From: a virus
Taxonomy: Duplodnaviria > Caudoviricetes
Length of the DNA: 56,983 nucleotides
IMG/VR virus record: IMGVR_UViG_3300046007_005671
Location: 1 to 56,983 of that record
Strand: one strand, 5' to 3'
The notes below the pieces were generated by a model. The model did not search any database and was not told the DNA's origin. It was given only the letters and a program-made list of their open reading frames with translations. Below are positions 35,861 to 45,661 of this stretch, in pieces. Every line of letters starts with the position of its first letter. Positions within the stretch are counted from its first letter, which is position 1. The position numbers and the translations under genes were made by a program.

Positions 35861-36005
35861 CGTCAGCCTTAGGAGCTTCGGGCATCTCAGGAGGTTTAGC
35901 GGCTTCTTGAATTGCTTGGATTAGTTGGAAGACTTCTTGGTAGGGGCGTGTGCCCAAGTAACCTAAGATTTGATTGGCTGTCTCAATTGGAAGTTGTAAG
36001 ATCAT
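35841..36005 (-). CDS. Small protein (54 aa, LGTRPYQEV)
   Basis: Manual translation; ATGA overlap with 36002 gene. Confidence 0.6.
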   Translation of the reverse strand: MILQLPIETANQILGYLGTRPYQEVFQLIQAIQEAAKPPEMPEAPKADDGINGD

Positions 36006-36406
36006 GCCAACACCTTGTCCATCGTTGCTTGTGTGATTGCACCAGAGTCAACCAACATCTGCAAAACAGGGCCAATCATCTCAAGGGTCTGAGCACTTGC
36101 TGTCTCAATCTTTGCAGTCTTGATAATGTTTGATTCATCGTTGTCCCACTTCACACGCTCAAGCAGAGTCATAGCAGAACGCAGATCGTTGGCTGTCCAA
36201 AGCCTTGGAAGTACAGGTCTTTCCGCTGGCTCAACATGCACAACAGGCGGATTAGTCCATGTACCACTAACAAGCGTAGCACCCATTTGGATGTCATCAC
36301 CTACTTGCGTGTTGTAAAACGCCGCAATCTCTGGGGTGTAGTGCAAATCGGGGTGTCCGGGGCAGATGTCGCGAACCGTATTTTCTTCAATCCATGCGTA
36401 TTTCAT
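36002..36406 (-). CDS. Putative tail fibre assembly/chaperone protein
   Basis: MKYAWIE start after GGAGAGG; follows Gly-rich fibre gene. Confidence 0.55.
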   Translation of the reverse strand: MKYAWIEENTVRDICPGHPDLHYTPEIAAFYNTQVGDDIQMGATLVSGTWTNPPVVHVEPAERPVLPRLWTANDLRSAMTLLERVKWDNDESNIIKTAKIETASAQTLEMIGPVLQMLVDSGAITQATMDKVLA

Positions 36407-36408
36407 AA

Positions 36409-37719
36409 TTAACCTCTCCAAAAAACCATTACACAGCCATTGCCACCGTTGCCGCCCACAACTATGGAGTTGGTTGAATATCCGTTCGATACCCCACCAC
36501 CGCCACCACCTGCTGGGCCACCTTTACCCCCCTGACAATTACTATTAGCGCCAGTGTTGTTTCCGTAGCAACCGCCACCTCCACCCCCAAGTCCGCCAGA
36601 GCCACCAATCAGGTATATGTCATTTTGATTTCCGTAAGTGCCACCACCGCCGCCACCAGTGCCACCAGTTCCACCGTAAACCATCTGACTAGCCGCCCAA
36701 GCCGCCGCGCCGCCACCACCACTGCCGGGGCCACCGTTACCCGCGAAGATAAAATTACTGTTAACAGCACTTGCGGCTCCGTAACCTCCTACACCTTTAA
36801 GAGAGCAATTAACAATATCGAAATAAGATTCAGGAACAAATCCTTGACTTTGCGCGGCATAACCAGCATAAGAAGAAACATTACTCTGACCAAAGAAGCC
36901 GTAGTAGTCACCGCCACCACCTTTCATTCCACTGTTACCTTCGGTGTTAGCTTTACCTGACCAGTTGTAGCTAATATTGCTAGTGTTAACTGGGTACTGT
37001 CCATATCCATGAGACCCGCCACCACCTGAATTCGTAGACTCCATAGCATCAAATATTCCTCCACCACCAGTACCTTGCGCGACATTGTTAATGTTCGTAA
37101 CGCTTTGGATGCTACCGAAGTAATTTGCGCCACCACCGTTTCCTACCCATCCACCGCCCCCTGTACCTCGAGCTTCGGTAATACCAGTTGAGACAGCAAA
37201 ACCACCCCTACCACCTTGTCCGTAAGGTGAACCCGAACCGCCACCACCACAACCGCGACCTACAGAACCACCTGCTGTACCATTATCCCCGCCTCTACCA
37301 CCGCTGTAGGTAACTGACCAAGCCGCGCCAGATGAACTACCTGCTCCGCCAGCACCGCCTGTAGCGCTTAAAGCACCAAGTCCGCCGCCAGTAGCGGTTA
37401 AAAAAGTACTAAAGGATGAAGTTCCACCTGCTGTAGCGGCTCTAATGCCTGCGGCGTAATTACCAACACCACCAGTACCGATGGTTACTGAGTAGCCAGT
37501 GCCGGGAGTCACGTTAATAATTCCCATAGCAAACCCACCACCGCCACCGCCAGAAGAATTGCCTGCGTTAATGTTGGAAGCACCGCCACCACCACCGCCC
37601 CAAACGAGCACCATGACCTCGGTGATGCCGGGAGGCGCAGTAAACGTACCGCTTGCAAAGAAAGGCTGAACAGCGTTAAACCGCTGTGCCAATGGTTGGA
37701 AGTTGCTTAAATTGCTCAT
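36409..37719 (-). CDS. Glycine-rich tail/receptor-binding protein
   Basis: SGTFTAP..V.V..WGGGGGG and many GGxGG repeats. Confidence 0.7.
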   Translation of the reverse strand: MSNLSNFQPLAQRFNAVQPFFASGTFTAPPGITEVMVLVWGGGGGGASNINAGNSSGGGGGGFAMGIINVTPGTGYSVTIGTGGVGNYAAGIRAATAGGTSSFSTFLTATGGGLGALSATGGAGGAGSSSGAAWSVTYSGGRGGDNGTAGGSVGRGCGGGGSGSPYGQGGRGGFAVSTGITEARGTGGGGWVGNGGGANYFGSIQSVTNINNVAQGTGGGGIFDAMESTNSGGGGSHGYGQYPVNTSNISYNWSGKANTEGNSGMKGGGGDYYGFFGQSNVSSYAGYAAQSQGFVPESYFDIVNCSLKGVGGYGAASAVNSNFIFAGNGGPGSGGGGAAAWAASQMVYGGTGGTGGGGGGTYGNQNDIYLIGGSGGLGGGGGGCYGNNTGANSNCQGGKGGPAGGGGGGVSNGYSTNSIVVGGNGGNGCVMVFWRG

Positions 37720-38903
37720 TAGATTACTCTCCAAGTAGAACCGTTGTAAACGAAAGTTGTTGCCGCGCCATTAACTGCCATGGTCATGTTTTCTGCCGCA
37801 CCCATGATAGTAGATCCGTTACGAGCGACTGTCAGTGGGTACTGTCCAAAAGTTCCAATGCTGTCCATCACCTGTACTGCGTTACCAGTTGAGGGTGAAG
37901 AGGGCAGTGTCAATGTCCATGATCCTGAGCTTGTGTTAGCCAAGATGTTGTCGCCTGATACGGCTGTGTAGTTTGCAGTCTTTGCTGTGAAGCCGCTACC
38001 ACCACCTGCTGACGCCCAAGTAGGTGCAGAACTTGAACCAGAGGATGTTAACACTTGACCTGCTAATCCGTAGTTAGCACCTGATAAGCCAAATGCGCCA
38101 TTTGCCGCAATGCGGAGACGTTCACTGCCACTTGTAATAAACGCTATTGGTTGATAAGAGCCAGTAGCTGACCACGTTGCTTCAATGTTAAAAACAGAAG
38201 CATTGTTATAAAGACTTAGAAAACTGTCGTTGGCAGACGCTTCAACTGCAAAGCCTTGAGTTGATGACGAACCAGTTGATTTGACAGAAACTTTTGACGA
38301 ATCAATACGCATGCGTTCTGTTGTTGTTGACCCATTTGTACTTGTTAAAAATTGAATTGTCGGAGTACCAATAGCGGCTTCAACAGCAGTAATAGCCAAG
38401 CCACCATTGTTTGTAATAGTGCCGTATTGAAGATTACCGCCTGTATAGCGACTAACTCTTAAACCACCAGTAAAGAAACTGTCTGACGTTGGCACTATTT
38501 CAAACTTTTGCGCATCCCAAGTAAGCGCTGAGCTAGTAGCTAATGCGCTTGACGATGAGGCGTAAACAACTCCATTCGCATTGAATGATGTTAGACCTGT
38601 ACCGCCGCTAGTCGTAGGCAGGGCAGAGCCTGACAAACTGATCGCCAAAGTTCCGCTGGTTGTAATCGGCGAACCTGTGATCGACAAGAACGCTGGAACC
38701 GTAGCCGCAACGCTAGAAACAGTACCAGTTGCGCCACCAGAAGATGCCAACAAAGTAACCGTACCTGCGCTGTTCTTTGCATACAGCTTCATGTCGGCAG
38801 TGTTGAGAGCTAACTCTCCATTGACAAGGTTGCCAGACGAAGGAACAGCCGCCGCAGTGCTACTGAAGTAAAGGGATATGGGCGTAAAGCCTGCTTGTGC
38901 CAT
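37719..38903 (-). CDS. Tail fibre protein
   Basis: GELALNTAD.KLY, ERMRIDSS, ERLRI, GQVLTS motifs. Confidence 0.75.
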   Translation of the reverse strand: MAQAGFTPISLYFSSTAAAVPSSGNLVNGELALNTADMKLYAKNSAGTVTLLASSGGATGTVSSVAATVPAFLSITGSPITTSGTLAISLSGSALPTTSGGTGLTSFNANGVVYASSSSALATSSALTWDAQKFEIVPTSDSFFTGGLRVSRYTGGNLQYGTITNNGGLAITAVEAAIGTPTIQFLTSTNGSTTTERMRIDSSKVSVKSTGSSSTQGFAVEASANDSFLSLYNNASVFNIEATWSATGSYQPIAFITSGSERLRIAANGAFGLSGANYGLAGQVLTSSGSSSAPTWASAGGGSGFTAKTANYTAVSGDNILANTSSGSWTLTLPSSPSTGNAVQVMDSIGTFGQYPLTVARNGSTIMGAAENMTMAVNGAATTFVYNGSTWRVI

Positions 38904-41900
38904 TAGAAGGTTCCTCCGAAGATGCCAGTCGTGGCATTCAATGTTGTAAATGCGCCAGTTGACGTCGTCGTCGCACCAATTGATGTTCCGTCAATTGTCC
39001 CACCAGTAATAGCCACAGTACCAGCGTTTTGTGTCGACATTGTGCCGAGTCCAGTGATCGCTGTATTGGGGATCGTGGTGGAGGCGGACATTGCGCTTGT
39101 GCCGTTGCCGAACACATAGCCGGATAGTGTGGTTGCACCTGTACCACCGTTAGCGACGACCAATGTCCCAGCTAGGGTGATGGTTCCTGTTACGGTAACA
39201 GGGCCACCAGATGTTGTCAGTCCAGTTGTACCGCCAGACACATCCACGCTTTGCACCGTACCACCAGCGGCGGGGGTTGCAGAGATTGTGATGCCACCAG
39301 CAGTGTTGGAGATGCTAACGTTCGTACCAGCAGTCAAAGTCGCTAGGGAGTAGCCTGTACCGTTACCAATAGCCAACTGACCATTAGAAGGCGTAGCGGT
39401 TAATCCTGTGCCGCCGTAAGCGACACCAATAGCTGTACCGTTCCATGTACCAGCAGTGAGAGTTCCCACACCGGTTATACCAGTGTAAGAGCCGCTCAAA
39501 CGGCCTGTAGGTAGAGTACCCGAGGTAATGTTGGCGGCGTTGGTCGTGTCGGTAGTCGCAGAAGGTGCAAGACCCGATACAGCACCAGCGGCAATCGCAA
39601 TCGCTGTGTTGGTAACCGAAGTCACGCGACCGTAGGTATCGACGGCGAACACTGGAACCTGTGATGCGGAGCCGTAGGTAGCGGCGGAGACTCCCGAAGT
39701 CGCTAAAGCTATTGTAACAGCCGCTGAGCCGTCATAGCTCGTTCCCGTGAGTCCCGTACCTATAGTCAATGCATTCGGATTCGCGGCAGTGATCGTGCCA
39801 GATGCACCCAAAGCGATGGATGTACCGTTTACCGTTACCGTACTATTCGCCAATTGTGCGTTTGTCACAGCTCCAGACGTGATCTGGTTTGCGTTTATTG
39901 CGATTGATGTGTCGCTGGCGCTGGTAATCTGACCTTGTGCGTTGATCGCCAAAGTGGGAACTTGAGAGGCAGTTCCGTAAGAGGCGGCGGTAACACCAGT
40001 ATTGGTAATACTGAAAGTTGTGCCAGACAACGTAAGACCAGTTCCTGCGCTATAAATTTGCGCAGAGCTGATTTGAGCGAACGTGATATTTGTCGTGCCA
40101 AAAACAATAACGCCAGAAGTGTTGCAGGTGTAGGTTTCTCCAGCACCAGTTGCGCCTTGTTGGACGAAGAAAGTTGAACCTTCACCTAGCGTTGATGCAC
40201 TAGTAAGTCCGTATGTATCGGTATCGGAAGAACGAGTTAAAACCCAATTCGTTGAAACAGAGCCTACGCTAGTCACAACGTACACGCCGTTCTGAGTTTG
40301 GTTCGTCTGCGAGTAAATTAAAACACGGTCGCTGACTGAAAGGGTAACGCCATCGATTACCAATGCGGCTTGTGTTCCTGCGTTGGTCAATGTAGCACCA
40401 ACGCCGACTCCAGCCCCGCCCGGTTGGTTGTAGGTCGCATTCAGATTGATGGGCGACTCGACGCGCACTGGCGCATGAAAGTGAATTCCCGAAGCAACAA
40501 GACCGTCTACATACTGCTTGTTGGCAATGTCTGTTGCGGCAGTAGGTGCAGTGGTAACCGTACCAGTCGTCGTCGCCAGCGCGGTGAACGTACCCGCCGC
40601 AGGGGTCGAAGCTCCGACTGTCGTCCCGTTGATCGTCCCGCCCGTGATCGCGACAGCAGTCGCGTTTTGGGTAGACATAGTCCCGAGACCAGAAACCTGC
40701 GTGTTGGCAATCGCAATATTTGTATCAGCCAAAGCTGTTAAGCGACCTTGCGCATCAACAGTAGCGGTTAATGTTTTGGATGCCGCGCCATAAGAGCCTG
40801 CTGTCACAGCAGTGTTGGCAAGGTTGATCGTAGTCGCGGTCGAGCCATTGAAAGATCCTGCATCGAATCCAGTGCCAAACGTCAACGCATTTGTTGTGTT
40901 TGACGTGATCGTGCCCGATGCACCAAGTGCTACTGTAACTCCGTTGAAAGTAACGGAGCTGTTGGCCAGTTGCGCATTGGAGATTGAGCCGGACAGATCG
41001 GTGGTGGGAACAGTAGCCGAGGCCGTCATTGGCGAAGTGCCGGAACCCTTAACGTATCCAGTTAAGGAATTCGCGCCCGTGCCACCGCTCGCGACATTCA
41101 GAGTCCCCCCGAGCGTCACCGGACCACCAGTAGTCGATGATGGCGTGAGTCCAGTCGAACCCGCAGTAAAGGATGTAACACCACCAACCAGCGAGAATTG
41201 GTTCCAACTACCCGAGGCGAAGCCGTCGAAAGTCTGGGTGTCGGTGTTGAATCTGAATTGCCCTGCGATACCAGCTGGTTGCTGTGCACTTGTACCTTTA
41301 GGGAGGACGACGCCTCCCGTGCCGGGTAATACCGGGTCGCTCGCGATACTAAATACTGGAGCACTCGCCGCGCCGTCAGCGTTCGCGATATCGATCTGGT
41401 TCGCAGTCCCGGCCAGCGTCCGACCCGAGACTGAGGTTCCGCCGCCAGTTAGAGCCAATATGCCCGTGCCGGAGAGTGCCGCTACAGATGCGGCGACACC
41501 AGTGAGTGCTAATGTGGGGTTCCCGCCAGTACCGTCGGCGTTAGAAACGCCCAATCCGCTACCGGATACAGCGATAGAACGGTTAATTACCGTGTTTGCG
41601 CTGTCTTTGACTACGATACCACCGGCCGCCGCGTTTAAGCTGGCCGCCGCGCCATCCATCGAGATACGGTAGAAAGACTGCGCTCCGCCGTCAGTCAACA
41701 CCAAGCCGGTATTGGTCGAAAGGTAACGGCTATTTGGTAGCGTAGTCTCCTGATTCTTAGTCAGAAACGTCTGATTCTGCGAGGGCGAAGCCGAGATCGC
41801 GCCGGTCGTCGTCTGAACCGTCACACCATTCTGAACAATCGGGACCGCCTCTGTACCTGTAATTGCACCGGCGGCGGGTAATTGGGTAATGGCTACTTGT

Positions 41901-41908
41901 GCTGACAT
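38903..41908 (-). CDS. Long tail fibre protein
   Basis: ITQLPAA N-terminus, repeated GGTG, VDAQGR and GLGTMSTQNA units, ANKQYVD. Confidence 0.8.
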   Translation of the reverse strand: MSAQVAITQLPAAGAITGTEAVPIVQNGVTVQTTTGAISASPSQNQTFLTKNQETTLPNSRYLSTNTGLVLTDGGAQSFYRISMDGAAASLNAAAGGIVVKDSANTVINRSIAVSGSGLGVSNADGTGGNPTLALTGVAASVAALSGTGILALTGGGTSVSGRTLAGTANQIDIANADGAASAPVFSIASDPVLPGTGGVVLPKGTSAQQPAGIAGQFRFNTDTQTFDGFASGSWNQFSLVGGVTSFTAGSTGLTPSSTTGGPVTLGGTLNVASGGTGANSLTGYVKGSGTSPMTASATVPTTDLSGSISNAQLANSSVTFNGVTVALGASGTITSNTTNALTFGTGFDAGSFNGSTATTINLANTAVTAGSYGAASKTLTATVDAQGRLTALADTNIAIANTQVSGLGTMSTQNATAVAITGGTINGTTVGASTPAAGTFTALATTTGTVTTAPTAATDIANKQYVDGLVASGIHFHAPVRVESPINLNATYNQPGGAGVGVGATLTNAGTQAALVIDGVTLSVSDRVLIYSQTNQTQNGVYVVTSVGSVSTNWVLTRSSDTDTYGLTSASTLGEGSTFFVQQGATGAGETYTCNTSGVIVFGTTNITFAQISSAQIYSAGTGLTLSGTTFSITNTGVTAASYGTASQVPTLAINAQGQITSASDTSIAINANQITSGAVTNAQLANSTVTVNGTSIALGASGTITAANPNALTIGTGLTGTSYDGSAAVTIALATSGVSAATYGSASQVPVFAVDTYGRVTSVTNTAIAIAAGAVSGLAPSATTDTTNAANITSGTLPTGRLSGSYTGITGVGTLTAGTWNGTAIGVAYGGTGLTATPSNGQLAIGNGTGYSLATLTAGTNVSISNTAGGITISATPAAGGTVQSVDVSGGTTGLTTSGGPVTVTGTITLAGTLVVANGGTGATTLSGYVFGNGTSAMSASTTIPNTAITGLGTMSTQNAGTVAITGGTIDGTSIGATTTSTGAFTTLNATTGIFGGTF

Positions 41909-42282
41909 TATGTACTCGTATTGTTAGGTGGACTCGGAGCGATAGTGTCCCGGTTGCCATTAGTGGACGGCGTCTGCGTGTTCCCCTCGGTGGAGATCTG
42001 GAACTGGCTGGAGCCATCCATCGACTGACTGCCGGTCATCAGGTAATCATCGTTAGCCGCCACGCTGACGTCCGGACGTGGAAAGCGCAAGTTAATGCGC
42101 TCAGTCTTGCGGGCGGGCAGACGGTACGGGTCGAACTGGTCGCGGCATCCCGTGTCGCAGACTCGCAGTCCGGGGAAATTTGGGTCGGGCCCAAGGCGTA
42201 CGAATGCATACTTCATCTTGCACCGGTCGCACACACCGATGGCGACCGAGGCCAATCCGCGAGTGTCGAGGAATCTTGGCAT
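41908..42282 (-). CDS. Structural-region protein with CDRC...C...C
   Basis: Overlapping start/stop with neighbours. Confidence 0.7.
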   Translation of the reverse strand: MPRFLDTRGLASVAIGVCDRCKMKYAFVRLGPDPNFPGLRVCDTGCRDQFDPYRLPARKTERINLRFPRPDVSVAANDDYLMTGSQSMDGSSQFQISTEGNTQTPSTNGNRDTIAPSPPNNTST

Positions 42283-43355
42283 TACGTCGTGTACACCGAG
42301 ATATTCGGTGCCCAGTAAATCGGGGACTTATCGCGCTCTTCCTGCTCGGCGTCGTTAAAATTCCGGTCAGCTTGGCCTTCAAGATATTTTACGCGTTCGA
42401 GTGGGACGGCGGGGAGTATCAGCGACATCCGGTGCGCAAGCATTGACTCGACGGCGAGGAGCCAGCGATCGGGGATCGCAAGTTCACCGGAAAGTGCTCC
42501 AATGTCCTCGATTTGAGCCGAGTACCAGACCGTCATTTGGATGAAGGGGTCCGAAGGTACTGGCCACAGGTAAATCGAGGGGACCGGGATGGTACGGTCG
42601 AACCAAAACTGGTAGGGCTGGTTCGCCGTGAAATTCTTGTTGGGTAAGTTCGTGTAGTCGTCACGGTTCAGGCGGGCCATCTGAATCTCTCGGCTATTAT
42701 TACCAAGATAGAATTCACGAAGCGCAAGCGTAGTACCTCCGGAGGCCCGAACGCGGTATGCGATCACATCCTGCCCGGGGTCAATGTCGGTCCAGACCCA
42801 TTCATTGTCCGAGACTGCTATTGTCCCAAGGCTTTGCAAAGTGTTCCACGTGGAACCGTCCACGGAATATTCAAACGTTATTGTCCAAGAGGCACTGCCA
42901 CCACCACTAACATATGGCAAAATACCAATAGAGCCAATGTAGATAGGATTACTAGTGCCGTAGTTAACAGAGATGTTGCCATCGGCCGATGTTTGCTGAC
43001 AAAACGTACTAGTGTCGCCGTCGTATACATTTGCTACTACTCCACCGGCCGAAGAAGTGTACCCCCCGGTCGGACGTTCCATCTGCCGGTACAGAACGTT
43101 GAGGGCGTCGTTGGACCCCACGGGCATATTGTAGATGTACTGGTCCGCATTCAGTCCGATCACTTTTTTCTTGATCGCAAAATACTGAATGCCCTTATTA
43201 ATGATCGACGAGAGGACGTAAAAAAGATTACGCTTCGACGATTGCACCTGCTCCACCGTAAGCTCTTCGGCGAGCTTGCCTGAAGCCCGAGCCGCGTCGT
43301 CAATCAGGTTCTGTACGCTGACTGTCGTTAACCCTACTGTGCCAGATGTTGCCAT
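42282..43355 (-). CDS. Head-tail connector (tail tubular A-like) with inserted beta-sandwich domain
   Basis: MATSGT start, Y..LPNK...P.QFW.DR, LWPVP; central EYSVDGSTW discoidin-like segment. Confidence 0.6.
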   Translation of the reverse strand: MATSGTVGLTTVSVQNLIDDAARASGKLAEELTVEQVQSSKRNLFYVLSSIINKGIQYFAIKKKVIGLNADQYIYNMPVGSNDALNVLYRQMERPTGGYTSSAGGVVANVYDGDTSTFCQQTSADGNISVNYGTSNPIYIGSIGILPYVSGGGSASWTITFEYSVDGSTWNTLQSLGTIAVSDNEWVWTDIDPGQDVIAYRVRASGGTTLALREFYLGNNSREIQMARLNRDDYTNLPNKNFTANQPYQFWFDRTIPVPSIYLWPVPSDPFIQMTVWYSAQIEDIGALSGELAIPDRWLLAVESMLAHRMSLILPAVPLERVKYLEGQADRNFNDAEQEERDKSPIYWAPNISVYTT

Positions 43356-43358
43356 TTA

Positions 43359-43880
43359 TTACCACCCCGGGCAATTCCAACGTTTAAGTGATGCGGCTTT
43401 CCGGGTCGGACGCCCTTGGTCGTCTTTCAATGGCCCCGGATTGCCCTCCATCCTAGCGCAAAATGAATCCCGACGAGGTCCCCCTTGGGGCTGTGGAGCT
43501 TTCAAATTACTGCCAGTTTCCCGATTATACTTTGCCCGACCCTTTTCTGTCAATCCTGCGCCTTTTTCGACCGAGAGCTTCTCGCCCCGACCTATCGCGA
43601 GACTCGGGCCGCCGTCCTTCATTCGGACGGTTTTTGCGGACTGCTTGAAGGCTTCAGCCGTTGGCGCACCTTTGCTACCCACTCGACGCATCTTTTCGCC
43701 AGAGCCTTCAGCGATTCTCGCACGTTTTGCATTAATGTTGTCATACAGTCCACCATCCTTCATATTCTTGTCGGCCTTGATGAATTCCTTGCCGACCTTC
43801 TGAGGTACACCGCCGAACCCGCCTTTAGTATGAGCGGCGGCTTGCATCAATCGATGCTGGGCAGGTGATTTGCTTGGCAT
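43359..43880 (-). CDS. Basic multi-module protein with C-terminal DUF6321-like domain
   Basis: GLTEKGRAKYNRETGSNLKAP...RRDSFCARM; modules separated by MKDGG. Confidence 0.7.
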   Translation of the reverse strand: MPSKSPAQHRLMQAAAHTKGGFGGVPQKVGKEFIKADKNMKDGGLYDNINAKRARIAEGSGEKMRRVGSKGAPTAEAFKQSAKTVRMKDGGPSLAIGRGEKLSVEKGAGLTEKGRAKYNRETGSNLKAPQPQGGPRRDSFCARMEGNPGPLKDDQGRPTRKAASLKRWNCPGW

Positions 43881-43882
43881 GA

Positions 43883-44287
43883 TCAGGCGTACGACTTAAC
43901 CATCTCGAGCACAATGGTGTACTCATCTCCCGCAGATGCATCTGAGGTGCTAAACAAGATGTCTCCATTCTTACCTGCTCCAGCATTGTTAGTTAATCCA
44001 CCGAATTTTTCGTAATCTAAGGTGTACATATTATTTTGCGGAATGGTTTGAATGAGTACATCTGCTGTTGCATCCCAGTACATCAACACCTCCAAACCGT
44101 GGGTAGATGCATGAATTTTTGTAATCGTGACACCATCGCATGCACCACCAGCGGCACTGGGGTTCAAGGCTGACACGTCCACTTTCAACACCTTGTTTTC
44201 ACCAGTTCCGTCGGAAATATTGGTGAATTTCATAATCGCCACGCGCTCACCATCAAAGAGCGTTTGACTTGCAACTGCGTCAGCCAT
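43883..44287 (-). CDS. Putative virion structural protein
   Basis: MADAVASQTL..., SDGTGE..V.KVDVSAL; AAGGA RBS. Confidence 0.7.
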   Translation of the reverse strand: MADAVASQTLFDGERVAIMKFTNISDGTGENKVLKVDVSALNPSAAGGACDGVTITKIHASTHGLEVLMYWDATADVLIQTIPQNNMYTLDYEKFGGLTNNAGAGKNGDILFSTSDASAGDEYTIVLEMVKSYA

Positions 44288-44299
44288 AATTCATCCTTT

Positions 44300-44328
44300 A
44301 AAAGGACGGGAGCCGAAGCCCCCGCCTT
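44300..44328 (-). terminator. Intrinsic terminator
   Basis: GGCGGGGGC-TTCG-GCTCCCGTC stem then CTTTT on minus strand. Confidence 0.7.
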
Positions 44329-44330
44329 AA

Positions 44331-45155
44331 TTAACAGACCCGACCGCCCTTTTTGAACGTTCCCGAGAGTTCGGAAATCGCTACAGGCTTACTCGGAGCT
44401 TTTTTGGGCATTGCTACGGCGTGGCCGCTGTTATTAACAGCTCCCCCCGTAGCGAAGTGCTTTTTTGTAGCACCGCCTTTTTTCATCTTGCCTACGCCAT
44501 CAGCCGCGAAGTTGGGAACCATCTTCCCACCCTTCTCAACCATGGCCATGCCGCCATTTTTGTAACCACCAGCGTTACCCATCTTGACGTCACCAGTAGG
44601 AGCCGAATTGTTGTCGGGTTTCGCACCCACAACCTTCGTAGTCTTATTGGTCATCGTCTTGATGATACCGCCGCTCTTGTAGCCACCTTGTCCGTCCACT
44701 ACGCCGCCGGTCTTGTAACCGCCGGGTTTTGTGGACTTGGCAATACCGCCAGTCTTCAAGCCTTTGTGGGCTTTAGACGCGGGCATGCTCTCGTGCTTCT
44801 TCAGCTCGGCTTCAACACCGCCACCACCTTTACGCATCATGGGGCGACCCATGGGAGCGGCAGTGGGCATTGGAGGACGAGAAGGTGCAGGCAGACCGCG
44901 AGTTGGAGGAGTAGGCTTGGCGGCCATCCGCTTTGCGGCCATCGCACGCGCCGCAACGGGGTTACCCATCGGCATCGCTGAACTGCCCGCCATACTGCCC
45001 ATCATCCCACCGTCCATCTTTTTCACGGGCTTGAAGCCCGCTTTAGCACCCTCGGCGTGCATACGCTTATGAGTGGCTGAACCACCTTTCTTCAGCTTCA
45101 ATTCCACTGAAGGTTCGGTAGTCATCATCTTCACCATCGGTTTGAATTCACCCAT
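44331..45155 (-). CDS. Lys/Gly/Met-rich disordered protein with 9+ [FYML][AKR]xGG repeats
   Basis: LKKGG, MRKGG, LKTGG, YKTGG, YKSGG, YKNGG, MKKGG, FATGG, FKKGG. Confidence 0.8.
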   Translation of the reverse strand: MGEFKPMVKMMTTEPSVELKLKKGGSATHKRMHAEGAKAGFKPVKKMDGGMMGSMAGSSAMPMGNPVAARAMAAKRMAAKPTPPTRGLPAPSRPPMPTAAPMGRPMMRKGGGGVEAELKKHESMPASKAHKGLKTGGIAKSTKPGGYKTGGVVDGQGGYKSGGIIKTMTNKTTKVVGAKPDNNSAPTGDVKMGNAGGYKNGGMAMVEKGGKMVPNFAADGVGKMKKGGATKKHFATGGAVNNSGHAVAMPKKAPSKPVAISELSGTFKKGGRVC

Positions 45156-45166
45156 GATCGTACTCC

Positions 45167-45616
45167 TTAGACTTTCTGAGCATACACAACCGTCAAGCGA
45201 ATAACGCCTTGGGTCGTGCTGATCGTGCCGTTAGGGTCAAGCGTAACAACAACAGAGGTATTAGTACCAATGTCGCTCATTGCAAGCAATTGCGCGGCTG
45301 TAAAAGTTAAGGCGATGCGACCACCAGCGAACACATCAGTCGAAGACACATATTCTGTGCCTGCGGCGGCTGTGCCAATGGTCATCGGGATCGTCGTAGC
45401 GGTACCGCCACCCACTGCTTCGTTCACAACCATATCAGCGAAAAAGCTAATAATCTGTGAAGAAGCCGGGAGAGTCAAAGTCGCGCTAGTAGCAGTGCCT
45501 GCGGCGGCGGTTGTAACAGTGGTAGTCTGAGACATCACGACGAAACCGCCGTCTACTGTATCAGTTAACGCCGTAGAACCTGCACGCAGGGTAGAACCGA
45601 AATAGGTTTGTGCCAT
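45167..45616 (-). CDS. Putative capsid decoration/minor capsid protein
   Basis: Follows MCP; start MAQTYF after AAGGAG; LPA.SQI beta-sandwich pattern. Confidence 0.6.
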   Translation of the reverse strand: MAQTYFGSTLRAGSTALTDTVDGGFVVMSQTTTVTTAAAGTATSATLTLPASSQIISFFADMVVNEAVGGGTATTIPMTIGTAAAGTEYVSSTDVFAGGRIALTFTAAQLLAMSDIGTNTSVVVTLDPNGTISTTQGVIRLTVVYAQKV

Positions 45617-45629
45617 TGTCTTTCTCCTT

Positions 45630-45658
45630 AATGTAGCGGGGGGCGAACCCCCCACATT
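45630..45658 (-). terminator. Stem-loop after major capsid gene (weak terminator or stabiliser)
   Basis: AATGT-GGGGGG-TTCG-CCCCCC-GCT-ACATT; no U-tract. Confidence 0.45.
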
Positions 45659-45661
45659 GGT

